This document shows, piece by piece, positions 13,968 through 27,754 of a stretch of DNA of 64,000 nucleotides. Origin of the DNA: Octopus sinensis (taxonomy: Eukaryota); contig NC_042998.1 of NCBI RefSeq assembly GCF_006345805.1, forward strand, positions 45,446,001-45,510,000, given 5' to 3'. The stretch's first letter is position 1; every line of letters starts with the position of its first letter. A program made the position numbers and the translations under genes. Below the pieces are notes generated by a model. That model was given only the letters and a program-made list of their open reading frames with translations. It did no database searches and was not told the DNA's origin.

Positions 13968-14210
13968 GCGGAGGCACATGGCTTAGTGGTTAGAGCAGCA
14001 GACTCACAGTCGAGGGATCACAGGTTTGAATCTCAGATTGGGCGATGTGTGTGTTTATGAGCAAAACACCTAAGTTCTATACATACATACATATATATGC
14101 GGAGGCACATGGCTTAGTGGTTAGAGCAGCAGACTCACAGTCGAGGGATCACAGGTTTGAATCTCAGATTGGGCGATGTGTGTGTTTATGAGCAAAACAT
14201 CTAAGTTCTA
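13950..14210 (+). repeat. Tandem duplication (131-bp period) of a SINE head
   Basis: gcggaggcacatggcttagtggttagagc…taagttcta at 13968 and 14099, nearly identical. Confidence 0.9.
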
Positions 14211-14523
14211 TGCAGAAGGTAATGGCAAACTTCTGCTGACTCTTTTGCCACAACTTTCTCTCACTCTTTCCTCCTGCATCTTGCAGCTCATCTGCGATGG
14301 GCTGGCATCCCGTCCAGGTGGGGCACCTATATGCCAAGGAAACCAGCCCTTATGAGCCAGGCATGGCTCAAGAAGGAGCTAGCCGAAATTGCAAGGATGA
14401 TCCGGTTCTTGACTGAAGATTAGAGGCTTTGAATGACCCGTCCATTTTCGTATCATCTATTTGAATGTTTTGCATTCTTGTCCCATTTTGTATTTTTATA
14501 TATATTTTTTATACATATATATA

Positions 14524-14680
14524 TATCTGTAAATGTAATATGTGACAATTATTCGGTAACCATGATAAAACTCTGAGTTTCGGATGCCGAGGATGGTGGC
14601 ATGGATTTCCACCTCGGCATCTGAAACTCAGAGTTTTATCATGGCTACTGAATAATTGTCACATACTACATTTACAGATA
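14524..14680. repeat. Long hairpin / palindromic element
   Basis: ~69-bp arms (tatctgtaaatg…gatgccgagg / cctcggcatc…catttacagata) with few mismatches. Confidence 0.9.
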
Positions 14681-15170
14681 AATTCCTCTATTTACATAAT
14701 ACCGAGGTCTCTTTCTTTCTTTTGTTGTCTTACCATTTTTATCAATATATATATATATACACATATATATGTATGTATATGTTTGTGTCTCTGTGTTTGT
14801 ACTCCTACCATCACTTGACAACCAATGTTGGTTTTTTTGTACATCCCGTAACTTAGTAGTTCAGTAAAAGTGACCAATAGAATAAGTACTAGGCTTACAA
14901 AGAATAAGTTCTGGGGTCGACTTGTTCAACTAAAGGCAGTGCTCCAGCATGGCTGCAGTCAATTGACTGAAACAAATAAAAGAGAGTATGAGAGTAATGT
15001 GTCACAATCAAGTATTTGAATGTAGTAAAAAGATACACCAATAAATGGAATCGTTAAGACATGACTTCAGTAGGAAGCATTGAAAGTACTATTGATTTCT
15101 TTTTTTGTTGTTGTTTCTATCTGTATAATAATTTGATTAGTATATTCTTTGGTCAAGTTCATCTGTCTTT

Positions 15171-15207
<37 letters not shown>

Positions 15208-16025
15208 CCATCCTCTTCATCCTCCTCCTCCTCCTCATCCACACCCACCCCTCCTCCTCCTCCTCCTCATCATCATCATCAGTTTATCAGCCAATTTTCC
15301 ATGCTTGCATAGGTCATGGTGGAATTTGTCAAGCTAGATTTTCTACAGTCGTATGTGCATCTTGTCATCAGTCCTCAGCCATTTCCAAGCAAGGGGATAT
15401 TTCTCGAGGCCGGATATATGTATATTTTCACAGAAGATTGGAAACTAACAACCCCACTAGTTTGTTTACATCTATCACATGATGTCAAGACAAAGAAACA
15501 CACACACATATGAAATCCATAATCATTACTCCAACAAAATTTATATTCTGTTTCATCTGAGGCTCATCAAGAACTAAAGAACAAAACTTTAGGAAGAATT
15601 TATTTAGATTGTATAGTGGCATAGAAGCTTGATGATGATGATGATGATGATGAAGATGATAGTGGTGATGATTTAATACGTTTTAGCATTTTTAAAAACT
15701 TGACACTCCCTGCAGCAATACAGGTAGGTATGTATGTAGGTAGATAGGTAGGTAGGTAGGTAGGTAAGTGAGTGGGTGGGTGGTTCGGTATGTACAGATA
15801 CAGATAGATGGATCATTATCGTCTAACGTCCATTCTCCATGCTAGCATGGGCTGGACGGTTCGACCGGGGATCTGGGAAGCCAGAAGGCTGCACCAGGCT
15901 CCAGTCTGATCTGGCAGTGTTTCTACAGCTGGATGCCCTTCCTAATGCCAACCACTCCGTGAGTGTAGTGGGTGCTTTTTATGTGCCACCGGCAAGGTGC
16001 CAGGCAAGGCTGGCAGGATACATAG

Positions 16026-16177
<152 letters not shown>

Positions 16178-16178
16178 G

Positions 16179-16372
16179 AGAGGGTGCTGAAAAGTTCCTG
16201 GTTTTAAGGATATTGTGAAGGGCCAAAACCTCTGGGGTTTTTTACAGGGCTTAGAAAAACTGAAGGAAATAAGTGTATGAATCTGAGAGGGAATAAGTTA
16301 AATAAAATCATAATTAACTGATCTGCCTGTATTTTCTTTTCCCCCAAAACCAGAAACTTTTCAGCCTCCCTC
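16179..16372 (+). mobile_element. Mariner-derived MITE
   Basis: TIR-like gggtgctgaaaagttcctgg / ccagaaacttttcagcctccc; internal remnant of the transposase C-terminus (GLEKL…KCMNLRG). Confidence 0.65.
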
Positions 16373-16577
16373 CCACTCGTATATATGCAGACGACTAGCT
16401 TCTTTCAGTTTCTCTCCATCAAATCTACTTCCACTAACTAATATAGTTAGGATGAGGCTATAGCAGAAGACACTTGCTGAAACGAAAGAACCTCACAGCA
16501 GAACTATTTGGCTTGGAAGAAAACTTCTTAACCAGATCATCAGCACATAGAAATTCCCATGAGCAACCAGCATTAAA

Positions 16578-16989
16578 TTTTGTGATGGCCTGTAGGACTA
16601 TGATGAAAAGGAAAGGGCTGAGTACTGAATTTAAATGGGCCCCTACTTACATGCTAATTTCATTGTAGAAATCCTTTATTGCATTTTTGTGATGGCCTGT
16701 AAGACTGTGATGAAAAGGAAAGGGCTGAGTACTGAACTTAAATGGGCCCCTACTTGCATGCTAATTTCATTGTAGAAATCCTTTATTGCATTTTTGTGAT
16801 GGCCTGTAGGACTGTGATGAAAAGGAAAGGGCTGAGTACTGAACTTAAATGGGCCCCTACTTACATGCTAATTTCATTGTAGAAATCCTTTATTGCATTT
16901 TTGTGATGGCCTGTAGGACTGTGATGAAAAGGAAAGGGCTGAGTACTGAATTTAAATGGGCCCCTACTTACATGCTAATTTCATTGTAG
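16578..16989. repeat. Minisatellite, 107-bp unit, ~3.8 copies
   Basis: gtgatggcctgt starts at 16582, 16689, 16796 and 16903. Confidence 0.95.
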
Positions 16990-17289
16990 TTAGTTAGTTA
17001 GTTAATATTTTGGTTCAAAAAGCAAAAAGCAAGGCTATGTAGGGGGACATGGAGTTATGTATGGGTTGGTGTTCATGTAAAGAGTTCAGGCCACTTGTGG
17101 TCAAGGGAGCCTTTGAACCGAGCGATCGTCGGCATCTTCACCATCTCGTCCGGCAGCTTATTCTACGAATCTGCAACCCGGACGGAGAAAGCCTCTCTCC
17201 TTCGATTGTAGAAATCATTCACTGCGTTTTTGTGCATATCTTGTACAGCCCTCTCAAACCGTTAGTCTACACCTAGTTTCCTTAGTGAT

Positions 17290-17870
17290 TACCAAATTAC
17301 TGAACATGGTAACATGTGAAAGGCTTTCTTCAAGTCAGTGAATATCAAGAATAGTACTTTACACTTAGCCAAATATTTCTTCTATAGTTGTCTCACTTGG
17401 AATATTGTGTCTGTGGTACTTCTGCCAGGCATGAAGCCAAACTGCATCTTATTTAGGTTTACTATTTCAAATCAACTCTGCTATGACTCTCATAATTAGG
17501 CCAGTCATTGGATATGACACCTTCCTGTATTACTTGATTAAGTATCCGAGTGGTAATCCTACTTCACCAGATATTTTGAGCATCTCCACAACTACACCTG
17601 ATGGTCCAGTAGCTTTCTATAGCTTTATGTCCTATTTACTTTATCTGCCAAATTACTATCAACTTGTAAGGTCAGAATGAGGTATTCATTCATTATCCCA
17701 TGTTTTCTCCATATTCAGCAGCTTCTCATAATAGTACTTCCATGCCATATTGCCTACCACATCAATAGTAAGTGTGCCTTCATCATTTAAAATAAACTTC
17801 TATTCAATGAGGAAAATTTTCTCTCAACTTATCACTCCCAAAAGTCATTCTCAGATGCTTCATTCTCATC
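17290..17870 (-). mobile_element. Old RTE LINE RT remnant
   Basis: Degenerate minus-strand RT segment (QFGFMPGRSTTDTIF…EEIFG…DLKKAF-like). Confidence 0.6.
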
Positions 17871-18235
17871 ATCATTTTTATGCTCTCATGAGTTACACAA
17901 GATGTTTTGAGCTAGTGTTCTTTGGCTGGATGTCTATACAGTACTTTGGGTAAGTGGCTTGTACCATAGCCCCAGGATGACCACTGCCTTATGAGTGAAT
18001 TTGACAGACAAAAACTGTGTGAAAGCCCACTGTGGAAGTACATACACATAGGCACAGATATGTGATAATGGTAAGAAGTTTGCTTCCCACACACATACTT
18101 TCAGCTTCAACTAAAACACAAAAGTACTTAACAAATAACAAGTACTGGGGTTGATTCGTTTGACTAAAAATTCTTCAAGGCAGTGTCCCAGCTTTGACTA
18201 AAACGCAAATGAAACCAATAGAATAAGTACCAGGC

Positions 18236-19036
18236 TGTAGCGGCACAAGCAGTCAGCACCATATTGGATAAGATCTCGTGGCAGCCATTGTTATCTCTGA
18301 GACTGGAGCGAAACCTCACCTGCATCCATTTGCCATGCACGAGATCACAACGAGGCTCATTGTGGAGAAAACTATATAAAGGGAAAACCCTCTTCAAATA
18401 CCTCTGGTGCCACAACACAGCAGTACTGGTTGAACAATACCACTGGTTGGGATTTTCTGTCTGTCTATCTCCAGAGGCAATGTGCCTACACTATCGGAGC
18501 TTAAGATGGTAGCTGAGAGTAGCACCCTTCACCTTTCCTGTAAATAAACCAGTTGTAAATAGCAGTTGTATTTGAAGTCTTTTCTCTTCACCTGCCGAAA
18601 GCCTGAACTACATAAAGAACAAGAAGATAATGGAAGTGACGAATAAGGAGACTGCTGTATGCTGTTGGTTGAGTGTTGATAATTCTCCATATGGCTGCTG
18701 TTGTGCTGTCGCTGGAACTGGCTGTGTGCTCTGTAGTCAGTGGTTAGACCTTAGAAGGTCTAGAACCAAAGACGAAAGACAGTCTGAATTCTAGCATTTT
18801 ATAGCAAGCTATCGACTCACTGGAAGATTGGAAGAGACTGTCTCACGTGACCTTATCAGAAGGCTGCAATTGGTTGGGTTGCACATTGGCGCATAATAGA
18901 GCAAGAGACAAACTGTGCCAATACCAACCAATCAGAGTAGTGGACACAACAGGGTCCAAAAGGGTGGCTGAAGGCTAGCTGTTATCTACTTCGTCCGTAC
19001 TCATGTATATATAACAGAGAGAGAGAGTCTGCTACA
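18236..19036. mobile_element. LTR-like insertion (solo-LTR composite) inside a SINE
   Basis: TGTAGC…GCTACA termini, flanked by AGGC/AAGC (near 4-bp TSD). Sub-unit 18236-18612 is TGTAG…CTACA with TATATAAA (~18373) and AATAAA (~18543). Confidence 0.55.
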
Positions 19037-19280
19037 AAGCTTTAGAAAATAAGTATTGAAGACAATTTGTTTGATTAAAATTCTTCAAGGTGGTGCCCCA
19101 GCATGGCCGCAGTCCAACAGCTGAAATAAGTAAAAGATAAGGTATTTTTATTCCAATGGTCTTCATATGAAACTAACAAAGTCACTGAGCCACAGGACAC
19201 ATTGTTTATAGGAGGCATAAACAATTGCACTGTGGCTTAAACAACAACATGAAAACATGCAGAGACAAACACTCATATGT

Positions 19281-19316
<36 letters not shown>

Positions 19317-22300
19317 TCTCTTTCTCTCTCTCACACAAACATGAAGATAATGGCAGTAGTCTGCAACAGCAACAGTGTTTTCAAAAATGCGTTTGTAAAA
19401 AAAGTTTGCTAAATTCATTTTCTGTTAAAGAGTGAAGAATTTCCTTAGTTTAGGTTTTCATTCTTCATTTGACTGCAAAGAAAGAAAGGAATGATGTCAA
19501 GAAGTGATATAAGGCGGGAAGAAGCCAGTGAGAAGTGGGTGTGCAAACTAAGTAAAACAAAGAACAGAAAAGGGAAGGCAGAGAGGACCAAAGTTTTTAA
19601 GTTTTAAGCCTGAAAGTGGAGGAAAAGAAGTGAAAATAGATTAAAAAGGGAGGGGCTAAGGTGTTGGGGGAGAGGGAGTAATATCTTTCTTATTTCAGTT
19701 TCTTATTGTTTAAACAATCACATGCCTGGAACAGTTTCCCTTTATAATACATTCTACAAAAATTCTTTTTATCTTTTTGCTTTTGCTTGTTTCAGTCATT
19801 AGACCATGGCCATGCTGGGGAACCACTTTGAAGAATTTTAGTCAAATGCATCGTCTTCTGTACTTATTTTTGTAAGTCTGGTACTTATTCTATCGGTCTC
19901 TTTTGCTGAACTCCTTAGTTATGGGGACATAAACACATCAGCACTGGCTGTCAAGCAGTGGAGGACAACACAAACACACACACACACACATATATATGAT
20001 CGACTTCTTTCAATTTTCACCTGCCAAATCCAGTCACAAGGATTTGGTCAACTGGAGGCTATAGTAGAAGACACCCAGGTTTCCATGCAGTGGGGCCAAA
20101 ACTGGAAACATGTGGTTGGGAAACAAACAAACTTCTTACCTCAGAACTCATGATTGTAAGATTGTGGTTTTGATTCCGGGATTGAACAATGTATTGTGTT
20201 CTTGAGTAAAACACTTTATTTCACATTGCTTTTGTCCACTCAGCTGGCAAAAATGAGTTCCTGCAACTTGCTCAAAATCCAACCCTTGACCTCATCGTGG
20301 TGGGAAGATTTAATGAGAGAGTATCAGAGCTATGCCTTCGGGGACTTCGAGTCCCTGCTAGGGCCACACAAGGTGGACAAATCTGACACTGATGGTGCTA
20401 GGGCCACAAGTGGTGGGCAATGACAAATTCTAGGCGGCATCTGTTCTGAAATCAGGTAGTTTCCTGGTGGCATTGGATTACATTTGCAGGCATCCTGCAG
20501 CAAAAAGGTGCAACATGAGAACGATCTACTACTGGTTGTGTATGGTGGCTTATGTATACAGATAGGAACTCTTTTTGTGGACTCTGACCATCCCTTGAAA
20601 CTCCTATGAACTCACAACTGCAGTGAACTAAATAGGAGCTGGCTTAACCCCTCCCGGGTGAATGCAGTTACAAGACAAGACAAAGGGTAGAGAATATATG
20701 CCAGAAAATCTAGGAAACTGGCTCTATGAATCTATATGACTTAAGAAGGAGGTTTATCCTAAATCTGTGTGGTTAAGAAGTTCACCTGACAGCTGCATGG
20801 CTTCAGGATCAATCTTATTGCTTAGCAAATTGGGTAAGTGTTTTCTACTATAGCCCTGAGCCTTGTGGAAGCACGTAACTTAGTGGTTAGGGTATTGGAC
20901 TCGTGGTCATAAGATTGTGATTTCAGTTCCTGGATCGGGCGACGTGTTGTGTTCTCAAGCAAAACACTTCATTTCATGTTGCTCCAGTCCACTCAGCTGG
21001 CAAAAATGAATAATCCTGCGATGGACCGGCATCACATCCAGGTGTGGAATATATACACCCTGAAACTGGGAAACTAACCCTTGTGAGTCAGCATGACTCA
21101 AGAAGGTAATCTTCATTTACTTTTATCTACTTTTGCTTCAGACTGACCTAAGCCTTGTGAGTGGATTTGGTAGGTGGAAACTGAAAGAAGCTTGTTGTGT
21201 GTGTATGCTTGTGTGTGTCGTTGTGTCTGTGCTGGTCTCTCACCACTGCTTGACATCTGGTGTTGGTGTGTTTATGTCCCTGTAACTTTGCAGTTTGGCA
21301 AAAAGAGTCCGATAGAATAAGTACCATTCTTAACAAAAGACAAATACTGGGGTTGATTCATTTGACTAAAAATTCTACAAGGCAGTGCCCCAACATGGCC
21401 ATAATCTAATGAATGAAACAAGTGAAAGAGAAAATACAAAATATTTCATTTTTTTTTCTATACAATTCCTAATGATATTTAATCGTAAAATACAATGAAA
21501 CTTTTTTTCATATACATTGAATGGCTATGGAAGTCCAGTTGAGTAAAATAGGAATCAAAGGGGTCCATAGAAAAAATTGTTGAGAAAGGAGTGGCTGTGT
21601 GGTAAGTAGCTTGCTTACCAACCACCTGGTTCCGGGTTCAGTCCCACTGCATGGCACCTTGGGCAAGTGTCTTCTACTATAGCCTCAGGCCGACCAAAGC
21701 CTTGTGAGTGGACTTGGTAGATGGAAACTGAAAGAAGCCCATCGTATATATGTATATATATGTGTGAGTGTATGTTTGTGTGTGTTTGTCCCCCTAGCAT
21801 TGCTTGACAACCGATGCTGGTGTGTTTATGTCCCTGTCACTTAGCAGTTCAGCGAAAGAGACAGATAGAATAAGTACTAGGCTTACAAAGAATAAGTCCT
21901 GGGGTCGATTTGCTCAACTAAAGGTGGTGCTCCAGCATGGCCGCAGTCAAATGACTGAAACAAATAAAATTTTTTTAAATAAATTAAATTTAAAAAAATA
22001 GTGCACTAAACCCTTCCCAGTTCAAACATGGCCATAGTCCAATGAAACAAAAGGTGAAAGATATTTTTTATGTATGTGGAGATGAAAGTCATTAGACAAA
22101 CAATGCCTTTACAGTATTTCTTTATATATCTAAGTAAATATCTAGGTTTATTTCTAAATGCAAAACCATTGATATGAAAAAACTTTTTAAAATTTATGAT
22201 AAAGAACTAGCTATGATTTTCTTTATATTTCATAATAGATATGAAATAGTAAAAGTTTCTGATTGTTGGCTGCATGGTAAAAGTTTACTTGCCAATCACA

Positions 22301-22451
22301 TGGTTCCGGGTTGAGTCCCATTGTGTGGCACCTTGGGCAAATGATTTCTATTACAGCCTCAGGCCAACCAAAACCTTGTGAGTGTATTTGGTAGACAGAA
22401 ACTGAAAAGAAGCTTGTTGTGTGTATATATATATGTGTATGTGTGTGTGTG

Positions 22452-23218
22452 TGTAGCGAACCTTGCATGCATGAAGTGGATTCGATCCACCATAGCCAAA
22501 TTTAAATTAATACTGCTACAGAACTTTTCTATGATGGAACAATGGTTTTTCTCTGACAGCAGTTTTACATCTTCCAGATGCCTTTAGCTAGTCCGAAATA
22601 ATGTCTTCACAACTTGACCCTTTCTCATCTCTTCTACTCCACCAAAAGCTAGAAATAGAGATAACAAGACCACCAACTAAATCTATTGTTCTCAATGATA
22701 TATCTATCCTTCTGGATAGTTATATAAGCCAGCACATCCCAAGCAAAAATCAGTTAGTCACCAGCTGGGTAGCGACTCAACCAAGTTCATCACAGTTGTT
22801 ACGACTCAATGAAGTCTGGCTGACCAGCCAGAACCTTGGTCAGAGGAAGAAAGCAACTGTGAGACAAGACCCTACAATTCTCTCTAGCTCTAATTCTATT
22901 CTCCTACAACATCATTCTATCTGTCTCAGCAATTACTACTAAACAATGAAGAGGACACAAACACAAACTTTACTTTGCATGCTTTTGGATTTATCATAAC
23001 CTGCTCGTCGAGGCTAGGTATTGTAACGTAACGGTAAATAAATATTTCCTTAAAACATCATGTGTTGTTCATCTTTCACATCATACAGTAAACAATCATA
23101 ACAACACAAACTTATTATCGTCACACCAGCTGACACCGACATCATAATAATAATGTTTACTAATCAATTTCTACCATTGTAACTGATAATTACACCAAAA
23201 CATATTTCTGCCGTTACA
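22452..23218. mobile_element. Candidate solo LTR inserted in a SINE microsatellite
   Basis: TGTAGCG…CGTTACA termini and internal AATAAA (~23036). It splits the SINE at ~22265-23560 into its 5' and 3' halves. Confidence 0.55.
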
Positions 23219-23248
23219 TATATATATATATAATATATTTATTTATCT

Positions 23249-23307
<59 letters not shown>

Positions 23308-25439
23308 TGTGTGTGTGTGTATGTGTGGTGTGTGTGTGTGTGTGTCTGTGTCAGTGTTTGTCCCACTTCTACTGCTTGACAACTGATGATGGTGTGTTTA
23401 TGTCTCTGTAACTTAGTGGTTCAGCAAAAGGTACTGATAGAATAAATACCAGGTTTTAGAAAAATAGAAGTACTGGGGGGGGGTCTATCCATTTGACTAA
23501 AAATTCTTCAGTGTAGTGCCCCAGCATGGCCACAGTCTAATGACTAAAACAAGTAAAATATAAAACAAAGTTTAATTTAGATTAGACAGTTTACAAGCAC
23601 AGATCAAAGATAGAAAAAAAATGTGCCAAGAACCACCCACGAGAATTGCACCACCTGTCATAATCCAAATCCAGATGACTGCAATAATCAATACACCAGT
23701 GAACCACAACTATAAACTTCATCTGTAAAAATTAATACTCATAAAATGTCATACATATGTAACTTGTATTTCTTGTCGTTTACATAAAAATCTTTGCTTT
23801 GTGGTTGTTTTGTTCAGACTTTTACTTCTCAACCTCATGATTTCAAGTTCAGTTACACTGTATAGGCATAGGAGTGGCTGTGTGGTAAGTATAGGTGTAG
23901 GAGTGGCTGTGTGGTAACTATAGGCGCAGGAGTGGCTGTGTGGTCAGTAGCTTGCTTACCAACCACATGGTTCCGGGTTCAGTCCCACTGCATGGCACCC
24001 TGGGCAAATGTCTTCTACTATAGCCTTGGGCCGACCAAACCCTTGAGAGTGAGTATGGTAGACAGAAACTGAAAGAAGCCCGTTGTATAAATGTATATGT
24101 ATATATGTGTGTGTGTGTGCTTGTGTGTCCATGTTTGTCCCACCAATGTCGCTTGACAACCGATGCTGGTGTGTTTATGTCCCCGTAATATAGCGGTTTG
24201 GCGAAGGAGACTGATAGAATAAGTGTTAGGCTTACAAAGAATAAGTCCTGGGATTGATTTGTTCGACTGAAGGCGGTGCTCCAGCATGGCCGCAGTCAAA
24301 TGACTGAAACCAGTAAAAGAGTATGGCATTTTACTATAGTCCCTGGTTAACCAAAACCTCATGAGTTGTTTTGGTAGAGAGAAACTGAAAGAAGCATGTT
24401 AGATATGTACACATATTAGTTTCAAATTTTGGCACAAGGCCAGCAGTTTCAGGGAAGAGTCTAAGTCAATTAATCAACTCCAATGCCCAACGGGTACTTG
24501 TTTTATCAACCCGAAAGAATAAAAGGTAAAGTCAACCCCAGTCACATTTGAACCCAGCATGTAAAGATGGATAAAATGCCACTAAACATTTTGCCCGGTG
24601 TGCTAACAATTCTTTTCAACTCTGAGTATAAGGCCCGAAATTTTTGGGGAGAGGACCAGTTGATTATATCAACCACAGTACGCAACTGGTACTTAATTTA
24701 TCAACCCCAAAAGGATGAAAGGCAAAGTCGACCTCAGAATGTAAAGACAGACGAAAAACTGCTAAGCATTTCGCCTGGTATGCTAATGTTTCTGCCAGCT
24801 TGCCACCTTAAATATGTATACATGTTAAGTGTGAGTGTGCATATGTTTGTGTCCCTTTGTGTGATAGTTGTAAAATGATTGGCACTGTCATTTCAGATAT
24901 TCTGCAAAAAACGGATCTTTACCTTTTGACGTACAGATTTAAAAAATAATTTTTTGTAACTAAATACTTTCAAACTTCGGACACTGGTAGAATGTGTTAT
25001 ATAAAACATGTTTTAATCTTAGCATTCATGTTGAAGTAGGCCTATTTCGGTAATTTCAACCAATCAATGACGTGTATTCAGCTGAATAAAATTACTGTCG
25101 TTGTCTGTCAGCAAGAACTTTCGGTGGTATATTTTTCGTTTGTCACTGTTATTTATGACAACTCTAACCCTAACACCTTAAAGCTAAAACCAGTACAAAC
25201 ACACGAACGATAGTTGTTGTTGACAAACAATGGCAGTAATTATACCATAATTGAGGATTCTCATGAGAGATGCAACAGGTAAGCAGTTTGTGTAGTGACT
25301 ACTTTATAAGTGATAACTTGAGTAGATCAAGTTTGCAGGGGCAGTTTGGTGCAATGGTTAACACAGTTGTCTACATTCCAACAGACACATGGTGAACAGT
25401 TTTACACACTTTCTTCTGTCTTGGATTCATGCAGTTCCT

Positions 25440-25646
25440 TTAATCGTTTTGTTACCAACCCGGCTGAAACCGGCTCTGGTTCTGAGTACAAATGTCTTGT
25501 TTTTATAAGTTTTGAATTAAAATTTTCCACCAAACCTTAGTCACAATTCATGTTCCTAACACTAACTGAATGATAACTAAGTTATTTTACTAAATTCTTT
25601 GTTATATTTAAAGTAATTGAAAGAAACTCAGAGCATCTCAAAATAG
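25440..25646 (+). mobile_element. TTAA-type MITE, uninterrupted relative of the outer element at 47131
   Basis: Colinear with 47131-47560, with a single TTAA (gttatatTTAAagtaattg) where the other copy carries the nested insert. Confidence 0.8.
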
Positions 25647-26659
25647 TTTTGTTAGCTTCATGTGAAGACCAATGAAATAAAAAATACCTTACTTGAAAAA
25701 CAAGTAAGGGAAGAGCATCCAGTCGCTAGCTCAATATATTTTGTCTAACCAATTCCAGTACAGATAAAGCAGGCATAAAAACAATGATGAGGATGAAATA
25801 TCTGAGAATGACTTTGGAAAGAGATAAGTTGAGAAAAAAATGGTTCTCTAGACAAAATACACAAATTCTTACAGTAAAAACATCTATGGTAACATTACAA
25901 TGTTTTATAACGAAAATAACTATAGCAAATTTTCTTACAGCAAAAATACCTTCCATGAAAGTTAACAACTGGTTCTCATTAAAAAAAACAAAAAACAATT
26001 GACAACTGGCTTATGTGGACCAGGGCAAAACACCTCCAGTTCATCTTTAACCATACTATATTAATGGAGTATAATTGGGATGGAAATTACTTGATTGTGA
26101 GGGATAAACATGGTTCAGTGCATCATTATGATGCTAAGGGGAAAAACATAAGACAATATTCACAGCTTCAAGGCTTGTATATTTGTTGGCACTATTGCAA
26201 GCATCACATTTTTGGCAGTATTACAGCCTAGCAAGCAGGCCATGGTTTATGTATTGCATCCAATAATTACTTCCTTTAATATTTTATGTTTCTTCTGCAT
26301 TGTCCCACAATTAAAAACATGTCAGTATCACAAATGTTATATTTTGTATTTGAATATCTAGCATATCAAATTATGCAGAATACTTACAAAGTAATGTTTT
26401 TACAATAACAATGAATAATAAATAGAAATGGCAACTTAAGATTCTCACCAATCCCTAATGTATAGGAACGCATGTGTTGGGAACTATGTACACATCACAC
26501 TCAACCTGACCTCACATTAGTTTACTTCATCATTCACAAAACCACCTATTTCTGCTCCTAGTCATCAACAGTCCAACCAGAATACTAGGTCACTATTGTC
26601 AAGAGTACTTTAAATTTATGTATGTGCTTTATTATGAGACTCTATCAAAATATACATGT

Positions 26660-27192
26660 ATAATGAGATGAGGTGGTGAAACACGACCATCAAACATTAG
26701 GCCTCACTGAGGCAATGACTAGTGACCGAATCCTTTGGAATTATGCAGTGCGTGAGAAGACCCGGCAAGTCAAGTGAGACCATAACCTGTGGCCTATGCA
26801 AGGGGTGTAACCAGCCCACTTATGCGTACCTTTCCTTCATTGGACACTAAACTCTGCTTGCGAAGACCTCTTAATGACTGGCACCTGTGCCAGTGGAGCA
26901 CTAAGAGCAACATCTGAGCGTGATCGTTGCCAGAGCAGCTAACTGGCTTGTAAAAATGGCATGTAAAAATGCTGGTGGCATGTGAGAATACATTTGAGTG
27001 AGGTCGTTGCCAGTGGCATGTAAAAGCACCCACTACACTCTTGGAGTGGTTGGTGCTAGGTAGGGCATCCAGCTGTAGAAACTTTGTCAGATCAAATTGG
27101 AGCCTGGTGCAGCCATCTGGTTCGCCAGTCCTCAATCAAATCATCCAACTCATGCTAGCATGGGAAACGGATGTTAAATGATGATGATGATG
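26660..27192 (+). mobile_element. RTE LINE 3' end / RTE-tailed repeat
   Basis: gaggtggtgaaacacgacc…ggcctcactgaggcaatgac…GGCATCCAGCTGTAGAAAC…(GAT)n. Related tails at ~9050-9430, 9970-10265, 15815-16015, 39672-40016, 61545-61830 and 63733-63908. Confidence 0.8.
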
Positions 27193-27754
27193 AATTATAA
27201 AAAATTAACAAGTAAATTCTATTGACATAAATTTGACAAAGGATAGTTAATAATGTCACCTATTGTTTGTCAACATTAAAAGAAATTTGGAAATTAAGCA
27301 TGCCCTGCCCCAGACTTTACCTGATTTGGGATTATAGCAACAATAAAGTTTACTTCAAGTCAAAGTGGGAAGTTTTCTGCACTGGTGTACAACCTGCTAA
27401 TATAGCAGTCAAATTTTCCTCAAATTACACCTTACTGTATAGTTAAATAAGAAAAAGATATATTGGAAAATGAAGTCCCGTATAAATATAGTTGATTTTA
27501 CATACACACACAGGTATAAAAGTGGAAACAACATGGACATATGTTTAAAGATTTTTTTTATCTCCCACCCACTTTAATTGGACAGGATAAATATTCTATA
27601 TTTGTCACATTAAGTGACTTTTATAAAATATTACTGGTTTCAATGTGCATGTCCATCTTATCAAATATTATAAAAAAAAGAAAGTCAAGAAGTATTTTCA
27701 ACCTATAATCTTTGATTTGTATAGATTCTTAACCCCATTTCAACTATATATATA

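Noticed and set aside
13968-14045. tRNA-like sequences with A and B boxes (also many other loci)
   Set aside because: They are SINE heads: no complete cloverleaf, and they continue into SINE bodies.
15061-15337. Poly-Ser/His/Pro ORFs
   Set aside because: Translations of (CAT)n/(CCT)n microsatellite tails; the same applies to poly-N at 31800, SIYL at 15942 and YI ORFs at 50518-50944.
16578-16989. Possible CRISPR-like array
   Set aside because: Units are contiguous near-identical repeats with no unique spacers, and the context is eukaryotic with no cas genes.
26013-26231. ORF with CKH, resembling a SWIM zinc-finger (MULE) remnant
   Set aside because: Requires a frameshift and substitutions to fit; too weak to call.
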